Below, piece by piece: positions 9,297 to 19,112 of a stretch of DNA of 60,721 nt. The notes beneath the pieces were generated by a model, which was given only the letters and a program-made list of their open reading frames with translations, had not been told where the DNA came from and ran no database searches. The number at the start of each line of letters is the position of its first letter. Positions within the stretch are counted from its first letter, which is position 1. The DNA comes from a virus (Duplodnaviria; Caudoviricetes): positions 1 through 60,721 of IMG/VR virus record IMGVR_UViG_3300042503_002233. One strand, given 5' to 3'. Made by a program: the position numbers and the translations under genes.

Positions 9297-10295
9297 ATGG
9301 AATTAGTCGAGAATGTCTATGTGTCTGATTTTACAAAGGCCACGTTAGGTCAATTTGACTGGAAAGAAGGTGACGCCATTCCAGCCGATTTGGGGCAGGT
9401 AATGATCAGCATGAAAGAAACGCTGCCTGCGTCGAAACGGACCGACGTGCTTATCGACAAAGAGGTGATGACCGAAGAGCAAATCAAACAGATCAAAGAT
9501 ATGTTGCTCGCGGCCCGCGACCTTGGGCGCAAAAAGAAGCGCGAGGCTGAACTGGAAGAGAAGACGCAAAACATGGCGCCAGACGTAGCCGCGGTTTACA
9601 AGCAGTTGGAGTCGGCTGACCCTGTGATCGTGAACGACCTCGTCGACGATGTCGAGCCTGCGCCTGCGCCAGCGCCTGCGCAAACTGAAGAGGCGCCGGC
9701 ACAACAGGACGCGGCGGAGCCGGCGGCGGCTGCGGCTGAAACCGTAGGGCAAGACTTGCCGGTCGCGTACTGCCCGCGATGCGGCTGGGATATGCGCATG
9801 AAGTTCGAGGCGGTGCCGACCGACCGCGACAAAGAGGATTTCTTAGCTACGCTTCTCGGCGGAGCCCGGTTTAAGAAAACGTATGCGCTTTTCGGCGGCC
9901 GGATCGTCGTGACGTTTAGGAGCCTGCTCGCCGAGGAAAACAAATTGATCTATCGGCAGTTGGTGCTCGACCAGCAGGAAAACCGGGTCGCGACCGAGGC
10001 AGAATGGTTCGTGCAGATGATGGACTACCGGTTGGCGTGCGCGCTTGAAAGCATTGCCGATAAAAACGGCAAAATAATCGCGCAGGTCCCAACCCTCGAT
10101 GAAATGGCTTTTACGCCAGATAAGGATAAACCGCTCGGCACGCCGCTGCCGCAGCAACTGGCGTTAATAGAGAAAAATCTGGCTCAAGAAGCGACTCGCC
10201 GCCTCGTCGGAACGCACCTCCGACAATTCCAGCGGCTTGTTGAAGGTCTTGAAGCCATGGCGCTAGAACCAAATTTTTGGAACGGGATCGAATAG
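9297..10295 (+). CDS. Putative tail assembly chaperone (G-like) with CPRC motif
   Basis: ATG at 9297 after GAGG; two ORFs upstream of the tape measure; ends just after the slippery heptamer A_AAT_TTT. Confidence 0.6.
   Translation: MELVENVYVSDFTKATLGQFDWKEGDAIPADLGQVMISMKETLPASKRTDVLIDKEVMTEEQIKQIKDMLLAARDLGRKKKREAELEEKTQNMAPDVAAVYKQLESADPVIVNDLVDDVEPAPAPAPAQTEEAPAQQDAAEPAAAAAETVGQDLPVAYCPRCGWDMRMKFEAVPTDRDKEDFLATLLGGARFKKTYALFGGRIVVTFRSLLAEENKLIYRQLVLDQQENRVATEAEWFVQMMDYRLACALESIADKNGKIIAQVPTLDEMAFTPDKDKPLGTPLPQQLALIEKNLAQEATRRLVGTHLRQFQRLVEGLEAMALEPNFWNGIE
10271..10277 (+). other. Programmed -1 ribosomal frameshift slippery site A_AAT_TTT
   Basis: X_XXY_YYZ heptamer in the reading frame of 9297..10295 (CCA AAT TTT TGG); a -1 slip enters the 10277..10693 frame. 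Confidence 0.7.
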
Positions 10296-10693
10296 CAGCT
10301 TACATGGTGCGGGCTGCCGTTTCGGGGGCGATTGATTACTCCCGAGCCGATCCCACGGATAATCGCTGGCGCATAAAGCACCGGCTCTCGCTGCTGGAGG
10401 TCCAGCGGCGAGAGGAGCAGAATATGACGGAGCATTTGCACCGTCATTGGTGCGCCTATTTGGCTCACGGGGCTTTGACGGAGGAAAGCTTTGCCAACGT
10501 CAAAGAAAAGGCGGGAGAATCGCTTATTGATCTGCAAGATGCCATTTTCCCGTGGAACGCCAAGCCAAAAGAAGAAGAAAAAGTTAACACGAGCGAAAAG
10601 GAACCAGAAAATAGTAAAATAGACGCGACAAGTCGGCAGATGATCGAGAAGTTTAAGCTTTGGCGTGCCGGAAACACCGGCGATAAAAAATGA
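10277..10693 (+). CDS. Tail assembly chaperone C-terminal extension (T-like), probably made as a frameshift fusion
   Basis: In the -1 frame relative to the upstream ORF; no strong RBS of its own; stop overlaps the tape-measure ATG (ATGA). Confidence 0.6.
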   Translation: MERDRIAAYMVRAAVSGAIDYSRADPTDNRWRIKHRLSLLEVQRREEQNMTEHLHRHWCAYLAHGALTEESFANVKEKAGESLIDLQDAIFPWNAKPKEEEKVNTSEKEPENSKIDATSRQMIEKFKLWRAGNTGDKK

Positions 10694-13600
10694 GCGGATT
10701 ACAGCCAACATCGTCATTCCCGTTTAACTACCCGACGCCATATTCGCCGGGGCAGATGGCGTTTAACAACAACGCGGAATTGTCGCAGCTTATAACGATG
10801 TTTGCGGGGCCGTTACTGGGGCAGATGGCGGGGCCGGGCAATTTCATGCCGCACATGATGCCGGGGCAGGCGCTTACCGACCAGTTTGCCATGCGCAACT
10901 ATCAGCAGCAGACACGCCAATCAGCGTTTAACGTCGCGAACTACCAAAACGACGACGTAGCCAACCGGCTGCTGGGTATCCGCTCGGCGTTTACGGGCCA
11001 AAAGGCCACGGACATGAATAAAGAACAGGCCGCGCAAATGGCCGGCGTTCTGAACAACCCCGTGATGAAAACAGTCATGGGCATGGCCATGGGCCCGGAA
11101 AACGTAGAAGCCATGCTGCACGGCAGCCGCGGCGACGTACAGAGTTTAAACAGCACAATAAATCGAATCGGCTATTTCAGGCGCGACCCGAGCGGCGGAA
11201 GCCGCATGGACGCCGAATCGCTTGAAGATTTGACGACCGGCGTGTTTTCGCATTTATACGAGCCACAAGGCGACGTAAATAAGCTGGCCACCCGCGCCCG
11301 CGCCGGCGGCGGTAGTGGTGACGCCGCGATTATGCAGCTACAAGAAGCTGCGGACATGAAAGACAAAAAGGTCATATCAGACAACGAGCTTTCCTCTCGC
11401 CTTCTTAAGGACACGGGTGCCGATAAAGTCGGTCAACTTTACAACAAGTACGTTCAGGGCGGAACGGCGACCTCTGCCGCGGAACAAGCAAAAGAGCTTA
11501 CGCGCTTCGACCGCGCCATCAAAGACGCCGACATTTTAAAAGAAGACGAGGCGTCGATCGGGCAACTGCAAACACGGGCCAAGCGCCGCCCGACAGATGA
11601 GATGCACGGTTTTATGGCTGGGCAAGTCAGCCAAATGACCGAGAACTTGTTTCAGCGTGGAATGTTACCGTCGAGCATAGGCGCGCTCGACGCCAAGGGT
11701 CGAGCCGCGGCAATCAGCGAAGTAAAGCTCGACGACGCCACTGTAGAGCGTCTGGCCCGCAAAGAAGCTGAGCGCGATATTCTCGGCAGAAAAGATGACC
11801 GTGCCGCGGCGTTTAGCCACATGACCGACTCGCAAAAGAAGGAAGAGATCGACAAAGTCGTTGGCTCGTACGAAACTAAGATCAGGGCGACCAAGAAAGC
11901 CGCCGACGACGTTACGGCCGGTCGCGGAAGCGCGTCCGCAGAAGAAGTCATGCAGATGACTGGCGGCGCGGCGCTCGCCGGAAACGTCGACGCTTCCCGC
12001 ACCTCCAGCCGCATCAAACAATACACAGAGTCTGTAAAGGCCGTTAGAGACATCTTTGGCGACAACGGCAATCCGAACGCGCCTATGCCCGCGCTGATGG
12101 CCGTGCTGGACCAGCTAACGCAGGGCAGCATGGGCTCGATGAACCCGGCCTCGACCGCGAGCACGTTGCGGCAAATGCAAACACTGGCCCGAGAAACAGG
12201 GACCGGTATGCAGCAAATTGGCGCTATTTCAGCGCATGCCGGAAATCTCGGCCAACAGCTTGGTATCGCGCCCAGCATAACGATGCAAAACGTCGCTAAT
12301 ACGCTCGGGCTGACGAAATCGGCCATGGATCGCGGCGCGTTTGGAAACAACGTGTTCGGCACGCGGGGCAAAGAAGAGTTTCAACAACACGCTACGCAAA
12401 TGCTGCAAAGCGGCGACGCGTCTGGCAACGCAAAAGCCATGGCAGCGCTTAATCGCATATACGCCATGGACAAGGGCAAGTACGACAAAGGCGGGGCTGG
12501 CGGCGGTCCAACAGAACTTGCGGCGGCGATGGCGGCGTATAACGATCCGAACTCTGACGGGTCGTACACGTTTACTGACGCGAGTGGCCGAAAAGTCACT
12601 AAGAATCTTTTTCAAGAGATTGGTCGTAGTGGTGCGTTTGGCGCGGCCGGCATGCTGGAGCGCTCTGGCGGCAACCGCGGCGAAATGGCGGCTGTTATTC
12701 ACGACAGCAGAACAGGCGAATTCCAGCAAGCCGGCAAAGGCTTTTTAACGCAGAAGCACGCGCGGCTCAACAGGATGAGCCAAATGACCACAGTTGGCGT
12801 GCTGGCTAACAGCCTAAAAGACAAAAAATCACGGCAATACACCGGCGCTCTGGAGAACATGGACGCCAATCAAGAGCGCAAGCTGAGCGGAAAAATCACC
12901 GAGATGGTATTCGACTCGTCGAATATGAATCTCGAAGATCAGATGGATTATCTGCAGAAGCACATGAAGCCGGAGTTGGTTGCGCATTTTAAGAATGTCG
13001 GCCACCCCGATCCCGAGGCCGCTGCGCAGCAGGTTTACGAAAAAGTTGGCAAAGACCGTGGCCGGCTTAACACACTTATTGGCAATCTTGGCATGCAGCA
13101 CCAGCGGCTGTACGGCGGCGAAAACATGGCCGCTGCGTCGCAGATGTACGGCCAAGGACGAGACACAGCCGGCATGCTTGAAGCGGGCAAGGCAATGTCT
13201 CGCACGGAGTCCGCGAAGCGGCTCGTCGGATACGAGTCTACGATGGGGCAGCGCGTATCCGACTATCTGCTCGATATCGGCGAGCGCGGTGAGAAGTTCA
13301 ACGTCGACGCCCTCGCCGAAAGTGTATTCAGGACGGTCGGCGACAGGACTATTGCCAAAGCTTATGCCGGAGAAATGGGCACCGGCATGGATGTGCTCTC
13401 GAAAGAGAAATCAAAAGTCTCGTTAACCGCAGAAGATATAAAAGCTGTCGGCGAAAAAGCAAAGAGCGACCCAGCCGCGGCGAAGAAATTGCGCGAAATG
13501 GCCGGCATTAGCGACGACACACTTGTTGTAGCGCAGAAAGAAGTCGACGACGCACGCGATAGCAAACTAGCTGGCATGGGCGTAGGCGCGCTTCGTGAAG

Positions 13601-15708
13601 AGTACGGCAAGCACTTTAAGGACAACGCGGGCAAGGCGCTTAGTGGCCTGCATCTGACGGAAGATCAACTCCGGGCCGAGCTTAAAGACAATAGTCAATT
13701 TAACGCCGCTCAATCAGCCGAAGTCCGCACGCAAAAGCAAAAAGAGACCGGCAAGACAAAAATAATGACCGAAGACGAGGTCACTGCCGTTGCGATCAAC
13801 CGTAGTCTCGGCAAGGCGCGTGAAGGCGCCTCCAATCAAGCCGCATATGAAGACATCAGCACAATTCAGCGCGCCTTTGATAAAGGCGATGACACAGCCG
13901 CGCTGAAAGCCGGCGTCTCGGCCGCAGATCGTCATTTCAAAAAGACGCTGCAAGAGCACGGCGTCAAAGAAGGCGAGCTTAAAGAACTCGTCACGCAGAA
14001 GGGCGACGCAGCGCAGGGCGAAATACTGAAAAAGTTCGGGCTGACGAAAGAGCAGTTTGACGCGGCGTTGAAACAAGACGATCCGTCGAAAACGAAAGAA
14101 GGTCGTGCCGCGCAAGCGGCGGCGGCATATGTCGGCATGCAGGCCAGCAAGAAGTACGGCGCTGACGCGCTTGGGCAGGCGCAGCAAGCCGCCAATGAGA
14201 AACAGAAGGTCGACAAGGCAAATATTGACGCGGGCACGGTTGTTATTAACGCCGACAAAATAGAAGGCAAAGACGGCGCTACAAAGCCTTCCGATAAGCC
14301 AGCGGCCGCCGCTGCCACCGCCCCGGGCGCGCCAGCATCAGCCGCGGCTGCCGCCGCAGCAGCCTCTGGCGAAGCCGCCAAACAAGCCCCTGCCACCGCC
14401 CCGGGCGCGCCAGCATCAGCCGCGGCTGCCGCCGCAGCAGCCTCTGGCGAAGCCGCCAAACAAGCCCCTGCCAGCTTGGGCGAAATAAACAAGGAGATGA
14501 GCGCCATTTCGGGGCGCATGAAAAAAACCGGTGGCTTCTTTGGTTTTGGCGCGAAGGAGACGTTCGCTTCTGCGGAAGATGAAAAGCGGTATCGCGAGCT
14601 CAGTGCCGCGAAACAGCAAGCACTTATTGAGCACCAAAAACAGAAAACCACGCCAGCCGATACAGCCGAAAAGAAAGAAGACAAGCCGCTCCCGCCGGCT
14701 GCGGAAAAAGCCGCAGAAGACGTTAAGGAAGCCAAGGTCGAACAAAAAGCGCAAGAGGCTGCCGCGCCCGCCGCTACGCCAGAAGCGGCAACTATCGCTG
14801 CGGAGGAAGTAAAACAAAAAGCTGACGCGCAGGTAGATGCTGTTGCGGCTACAGACAAACCACTGGACCCGGTGGCTACGACAGAAAACAAAGCGGTCGC
14901 TGACGAGTTGCAGAAAAAAACGGCTGCGGCTGCAGTGGCCTCTGCTGTCGGCCCCGCGGCCGCCGAACAAATCGTTAAAGACAAACCCGCTGACGAAGCG
15001 GCGTTTAAAAAAGCAACTGAAGCCGCGCTTGGTTACGCGCAAGAACCCGCAAAACAAAACCGCATTGATCCGGTAACAGGGATGCTGACTGCTGGCGCGG
15101 AGCAACGCGCCGGCGCCGACGCGCTTCTGAGCCCGGACGGCGGACAAGATATTGCTGCTCAGATGCTCGGCGGCGCGACGCTTGGCGACATAGAGAAAAA
15201 TCTCGCCGCAACCGGCGAGCTTAAAACAACAAAACCGGTCGAGCCGCAAAAAGACATTGTCGGCGCGGCGATCAGCGAGGTCACTGGCGCATTTCAGCCG
15301 GACAGAAATGCTGTACTAAGTGAGGGTAAAGCTGCACGAGACGCTGCGCGAAAAGAGATACTTGAAAAACCGGAGGCTGCAGCCATCCCGGCAGAAAAAA
15401 CTGGCGCCGCGGTTTCTGGTCGCGCCGCTGCCACATATGGTTCGGCAAACATTTCGCCGGCTAATGTAGCCGCATCTATTTCTCCGCAACAACAGCAAGC
15501 CGCCGCCGGTATCGCCGGGGCGCAAGCTTCGTCGAGCGCAAACACAATGACTATTAACGGTCGACTTTCGTTAGACGGCCTGCAAGAAGCTATCTTGGAT
15601 GCAACCGGCCAGAAAGCCGTATCGACGCCCGGCAACGGCGTACCAGTGGTCGGCGATCCGGCCCCAAATAGGGTGTCGGGCGGCGCCGGCTCTGGCGCGA
15701 AGAGGTGA
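10690..15708 (+). CDS. Tape measure protein
   Basis: 1672 aa, Ala/Gly/Met/Lys-rich, helical-looking; follows the chaperone pair and precedes baseplate genes. Confidence 0.75.
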   Translation: MSGLQPTSSFPFNYPTPYSPGQMAFNNNAELSQLITMFAGPLLGQMAGPGNFMPHMMPGQALTDQFAMRNYQQQTRQSAFNVANYQNDDVANRLLGIRSAFTGQKATDMNKEQAAQMAGVLNNPVMKTVMGMAMGPENVEAMLHGSRGDVQSLNSTINRIGYFRRDPSGGSRMDAESLEDLTTGVFSHLYEPQGDVNKLATRARAGGGSGDAAIMQLQEAADMKDKKVISDNELSSRLLKDTGADKVGQLYNKYVQGGTATSAAEQAKELTRFDRAIKDADILKEDEASIGQLQTRAKRRPTDEMHGFMAGQVSQMTENLFQRGMLPSSIGALDAKGRAAAISEVKLDDATVERLARKEAERDILGRKDDRAAAFSHMTDSQKKEEIDKVVGSYETKIRATKKAADDVTAGRGSASAEEVMQMTGGAALAGNVDASRTSSRIKQYTESVKAVRDIFGDNGNPNAPMPALMAVLDQLTQGSMGSMNPASTASTLRQMQTLARETGTGMQQIGAISAHAGNLGQQLGIAPSITMQNVANTLGLTKSAMDRGAFGNNVFGTRGKEEFQQHATQMLQSGDASGNAKAMAALNRIYAMDKGKYDKGGAGGGPTELAAAMAAYNDPNSDGSYTFTDASGRKVTKNLFQEIGRSGAFGAAGMLERSGGNRGEMAAVIHDSRTGEFQQAGKGFLTQKHARLNRMSQMTTVGVLANSLKDKKSRQYTGALENMDANQERKLSGKITEMVFDSSNMNLEDQMDYLQKHMKPELVAHFKNVGHPDPEAAAQQVYEKVGKDRGRLNTLIGNLGMQHQRLYGGENMAAASQMYGQGRDTAGMLEAGKAMSRTESAKRLVGYESTMGQRVSDYLLDIGERGEKFNVDALAESVFRTVGDRTIAKAYAGEMGTGMDVLSKEKSKVSLTAEDIKAVGEKAKSDPAAAKKLREMAGISDDTLVVAQKEVDDARDSKLAGMGVGALREEYGKHFKDNAGKALSGLHLTEDQLRAELKDNSQFNAAQSAEVRTQKQKETGKTKIMTEDEVTAVAINRSLGKAREGASNQAAYEDISTIQRAFDKGDDTAALKAGVSAADRHFKKTLQEHGVKEGELKELVTQKGDAAQGEILKKFGLTKEQFDAALKQDDPSKTKEGRAAQAAAAYVGMQASKKYGADALGQAQQAANEKQKVDKANIDAGTVVINADKIEGKDGATKPSDKPAAAAATAPGAPASAAAAAAAASGEAAKQAPATAPGAPASAAAAAAAASGEAAKQAPASLGEINKEMSAISGRMKKTGGFFGFGAKETFASAEDEKRYRELSAAKQQALIEHQKQKTTPADTAEKKEDKPLPPAAEKAAEDVKEAKVEQKAQEAAAPAATPEAATIAAEEVKQKADAQVDAVAATDKPLDPVATTENKAVADELQKKTAAAAVASAVGPAAAEQIVKDKPADEAAFKKATEAALGYAQEPAKQNRIDPVTGMLTAGAEQRAGADALLSPDGGQDIAAQMLGGATLGDIEKNLAATGELKTTKPVEPQKDIVGAAISEVTGAFQPDRNAVLSEGKAARDAARKEILEKPEAAAIPAEKTGAAVSGRAAATYGSANISPANVAASISPQQQQAAAGIAGAQASSSANTMTINGRLSLDGLQEAILDATGQKAVSTPGNGVPVVGDPAPNRVSGGAGSGAKR
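14312..14473 (+). repeat. Exact 78-bp tandem duplication (2 copies) inside the tape measure gene
   Basis: CTGCCACCGCCCCGGGC...AAACAAGCCC starts at 14312 and again at 14390; encodes ATAPGAPASAAAAAAAASGEAAKQAP twice. Confidence 0.95.
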
Positions 15709-15711
15709 CAT

Positions 15712-16236
15712 ATGCCGATGGTTTTTACTCCATGTACTGGCGCGGTGCAGCTTAACAGAAAAGAATGTTCAGCGAACGATTTTTTAATCGTGCGAATCGA
15801 CGGCACAAATTTCACTGATCAGTTCATTCTGCAGGGCGTAACATTAGAGATGTCGGGAAACTACCAGTTCCTTCACACTGTCAATGATTTCGTCTATTTT
15901 TACGCGTTTGGCGACCGTATTGGTCTTCTGACACTAACAGGCATAGGCTTTTTAAAAACATGCGACGACGCAAAAGAGGGCGCTAAAATTTTTCAGATAT
16001 ACAACTACTACAACAGCAAAAAGTCGGCTGCAAAAGGCGGTAAGTCTCTGGACGTTGTTCTGATGCCTCCGGCCGGCGGGCCGATCAAGCTGCACGGGTT
16101 TTTGACGGGCATGAAAGTCGACGTCACGCAAAGCGACACTGGACCGGTCGGGTACTGGACGCTACGACTTGAAGTGTTGCCGCAAAAGGGTGTCACAGGT
16201 CTTTTAGGTTTTGGCGGGCTTTTTGGCTTTTTATGA
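15712..16236 (+). CDS. Putative tube-like/baseplate initiator protein
   Basis: 174-aa beta-rich ORF directly after the tape measure; call rests on synteny. Confidence 0.4.
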   Translation: MPMVFTPCTGAVQLNRKECSANDFLIVRIDGTNFTDQFILQGVTLEMSGNYQFLHTVNDFVYFYAFGDRIGLLTLTGIGFLKTCDDAKEGAKIFQIYNYYNSKKSAAKGGKSLDVVLMPPAGGPIKLHGFLTGMKVDVTQSDTGPVGYWTLRLEVLPQKGVTGLLGFGGLFGFL

Positions 16237-17150
16237 TTAATCACGCACGCACATTACTTCTGAACCAATCTCGCAATCGCGCACATTACAGCGATTACGG
16301 CTACGAGTACGTCCCGCCAGAATTCAAACCGGTGGTAATGCCAGCGGTGCTGCAGACACTGCGCCGCCTGCTGTTCGGCGCGGCACCGGATAACTACTTT
16401 TTAAATTTCAGGGCTAATGAGTTGCTGGCCTACGTCCACAGCACCGAATTAGCCGAGTACGCCTATCGTTTCGATCCGCGCGTCACGTACTGGCCCAAAA
16501 ATGATTTGACGTATTTTGAAGCGACAGGAAAGCGTGTGACCATCACGCAGATATTTGGCCAGCCGCAAAGACTTGCCGTCGCAGGCAACTTGTACGCGTT
16601 AACAGCCATTGGAAAATCGTTGAATTTTTACACGGTCAGTTTACGAAATGTCGTCGAGGACGGCCTGTTAGTCCCGATCATTGACGTAAAATACGAAGGT
16701 AAAAAAAACTCAACGCTCACAGTCCGGGTGCCGAACATCTCTTCTCCCCCGGTGATCACGCTGCCGGACACCGAACTCAGTCTGCGATTAAATCCCAACT
16801 CGTATGCCAAAGCGTACAAAGAAATCGTCACAGAATTAAACGATTTTATTGTCGCTGAACAGTACGATAAAAAAGTCTCAGAAGAAAAAGTCGGTATTAC
16901 CAGCGGCAACATAGGATTAGAGCGGCAGTGGCTGGTAGAAACGCGTGTGAATCCAGCGCCGCTTGTCACAAGCGTAATTCCGGCGATCGAGTTGCTCGGC
17001 GAGCCCGCGTTTCTAGAAATCTTCGGGGTAGAGAACAAAGAACCCTATCTGACGTTCAAAAACCTTTGGTTCGATCATCCGTTGCCGGCATATCGGCTCT
17101 CGGGTATTGTTTTAGCACTGATCTACCGCACCGAAGAACTTCGAGGCTGA
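16233..17150 (+). CDS. Hypothetical baseplate-region protein
   Basis: 305-aa ORF, translationally coupled (ATGA overlap). Confidence 0.5.
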   Translation: MINHARTLLLNQSRNRAHYSDYGYEYVPPEFKPVVMPAVLQTLRRLLFGAAPDNYFLNFRANELLAYVHSTELAEYAYRFDPRVTYWPKNDLTYFEATGKRVTITQIFGQPQRLAVAGNLYALTAIGKSLNFYTVSLRNVVEDGLLVPIIDVKYEGKKNSTLTVRVPNISSPPVITLPDTELSLRLNPNSYAKAYKEIVTELNDFIVAEQYDKKVSEEKVGITSGNIGLERQWLVETRVNPAPLVTSVIPAIELLGEPAFLEIFGVENKEPYLTFKNLWFDHPLPAYRLSGIVLALIYRTEELRG

Positions 17151-17151
17151 C

Positions 17152-19104
17152 ATGGGTAAAGAGCCGTTTATTCGCACAGAATTTCAACTTTCTGTGACTT
17201 TTAAGCACAGACGGGGCGGCGAAACGAAGTTTAACGACATCGTCGCCATGTCGGCTACTTTCGCGTTAAATACGATTCCAACTTGCACGCTAGACGTGGC
17301 AAGTGGATTAGAAGTTCGTACCTCTAAACGGGCCACCATTCACGACGTTATCGACAAACTGCAGCCGCGCGACCGCGCGATCGTCGAACTTACAATCAAA
17401 TCGACGGAAGGTCGCAGAGAGGCGCCGATTATAAATGGCATTAAAGACGGCACGTATGTTGTGTTTGACGGCTACTACGCTGGTATTGGTTATCAGCGGT
17501 CGCACAATCAGTGCACGTACAACATTCAACTCATTCACTGGCTAGATGACCTCAACTGCTCGTCTATGCTCAATGGCGACTGGACGCAAGGAACACAACA
17601 CGACGTAGCACAGGTAGCGTCAGCACTTGTGGTTTCAGATTTAACCGCCGCCGGCGGCGATGGGATCGACCCGGGACAGCGACCGACTGGCGGCACAGGC
17701 GCGCGGGCTATACCGATGATCGACTCACAGTACCCGATTATACAAGAGGGCGACGAGATTATTGTCACGGCAAAAAACATGGCCGACGACTTGTGGGAAA
17801 AAGTTATCAAACGTATTTTCAGGTTCATTTGCACCGCGCGACATCCGCGCAACCAGTGCGACGACACGGAAGGCGCGTCGCAAGAAACCGCGCCGTCGTG
17901 GGACGCCCAAAACCCGCCCGACCCAAACCTTGTGCCGAAAGACGCAAATCACGCGGCATGGGCTGCGTTATACAGAATGCCCGGAAAGGTGCCGGCGAAA
18001 TATCGCGCAAAATTGCCATTGGAACTTGAAGGTTTTGAAACCGACCAAGACCCGCACGCGTTTTTAAGCATGTCGGCGCACGAGGGTTTGTCGCGTTTAA
18101 TTCTTGATGGAATGGCGTACAACTCGTTTTGGAGCAAACTAATTGGCGATCTGGCGCCGTCATTTTTGTTTGCGATTTCCCCGGCGGTGGATTACGCACA
18201 GGCTATACCGTTCTTCCCGGGGCTAAGCAAAAAGGGGCTAACGCCGTACGTCACAATTACAGGCGAAGAATACAACTACGCCAATTTCAATTCCAACTGC
18301 GCGAACATGCTCAGCGGAATTGTAATCCACTGGTCGCCGCAAGCCGACAGTTCGCAGGCGATGCCGGGCGGAAAAGTAGAGTCGCAGCTTGGGTTCTGTC
18401 TCCCTGCTGGTATGTACCCAAAAGAAAAACAAGATTACGGTCAGCACTGGGGCAACATACTCGTGCGTGACCCGCCCGCGTGGCTTGCGAATCCCGTGTA
18501 TCTCAATCTGTACACGAAAGATAATCAGTTAAATACGGCTGGCGGCAGCACGTGCGCGCCGCAGGAGGGCAGTACAGAAAACCCTGACGCCCCTTGGCCG
18601 CATCGTAAAATAGAGAAGTACTACAGAGAGACAACAAAAAATATTGATGAGCGTGATTTAAACGTGTATGACCGATTTGCCTGCCACTGGTACAAGTCGG
18701 CTATTCTCGGGCAACGGTACGGAGAGCTATCCGGCAAACTGCGATTTGATATTGCTCCGGGCAGCATCGTGCGCATCAACCCGCCAGATTCGGCCCTCGG
18801 CAAAGAGAGCACGCCGATGCACGGGGCGGTAGTGCAAGTTTCGTTTGCTATCAACGCAGAACAGCACACGGCCGGCACATCTTTTTCGTTCAGCCACATT
18901 CGCACGAATAAAGAAAACAATATAAACGATTCAGTGAGTAAAATACATTACGTCGGATCACGCGCGCCAATTTATAAAGACAATCCAAGCGACGGCGCTC
19001 CTTGGCCCGGAGGTCCGCTTGTTATCGGGCAAGAGCCCGACAGAACCGGCGATATAGACAACGACCCACCAGAATTTTTAGCGCCCGGGACATTTATGAT
19101 TTAG
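17152..19104 (+). CDS. Putative baseplate hub protein (gp27/GpD-like)
   Basis: 650 aa; N-terminal 'FALNTIPTCTLDV...VVFDGYYAG'; C-terminal 'GELSGKLRFDIAPGSIVRI...GAVVQVSFAIN' resembles hub proteins. Confidence 0.55.
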   Translation: MGKEPFIRTEFQLSVTFKHRRGGETKFNDIVAMSATFALNTIPTCTLDVASGLEVRTSKRATIHDVIDKLQPRDRAIVELTIKSTEGRREAPIINGIKDGTYVVFDGYYAGIGYQRSHNQCTYNIQLIHWLDDLNCSSMLNGDWTQGTQHDVAQVASALVVSDLTAAGGDGIDPGQRPTGGTGARAIPMIDSQYPIIQEGDEIIVTAKNMADDLWEKVIKRIFRFICTARHPRNQCDDTEGASQETAPSWDAQNPPDPNLVPKDANHAAWAALYRMPGKVPAKYRAKLPLELEGFETDQDPHAFLSMSAHEGLSRLILDGMAYNSFWSKLIGDLAPSFLFAISPAVDYAQAIPFFPGLSKKGLTPYVTITGEEYNYANFNSNCANMLSGIVIHWSPQADSSQAMPGGKVESQLGFCLPAGMYPKEKQDYGQHWGNILVRDPPAWLANPVYLNLYTKDNQLNTAGGSTCAPQEGSTENPDAPWPHRKIEKYYRETTKNIDERDLNVYDRFACHWYKSAILGQRYGELSGKLRFDIAPGSIVRINPPDSALGKESTPMHGAVVQVSFAINAEQHTAGTSFSFSHIRTNKENNINDSVSKIHYVGSRAPIYKDNPSDGAPWPGGPLVIGQEPDRTGDIDNDPPEFLAPGTFMI

Positions 19105-19112
19105 CGTGACGT

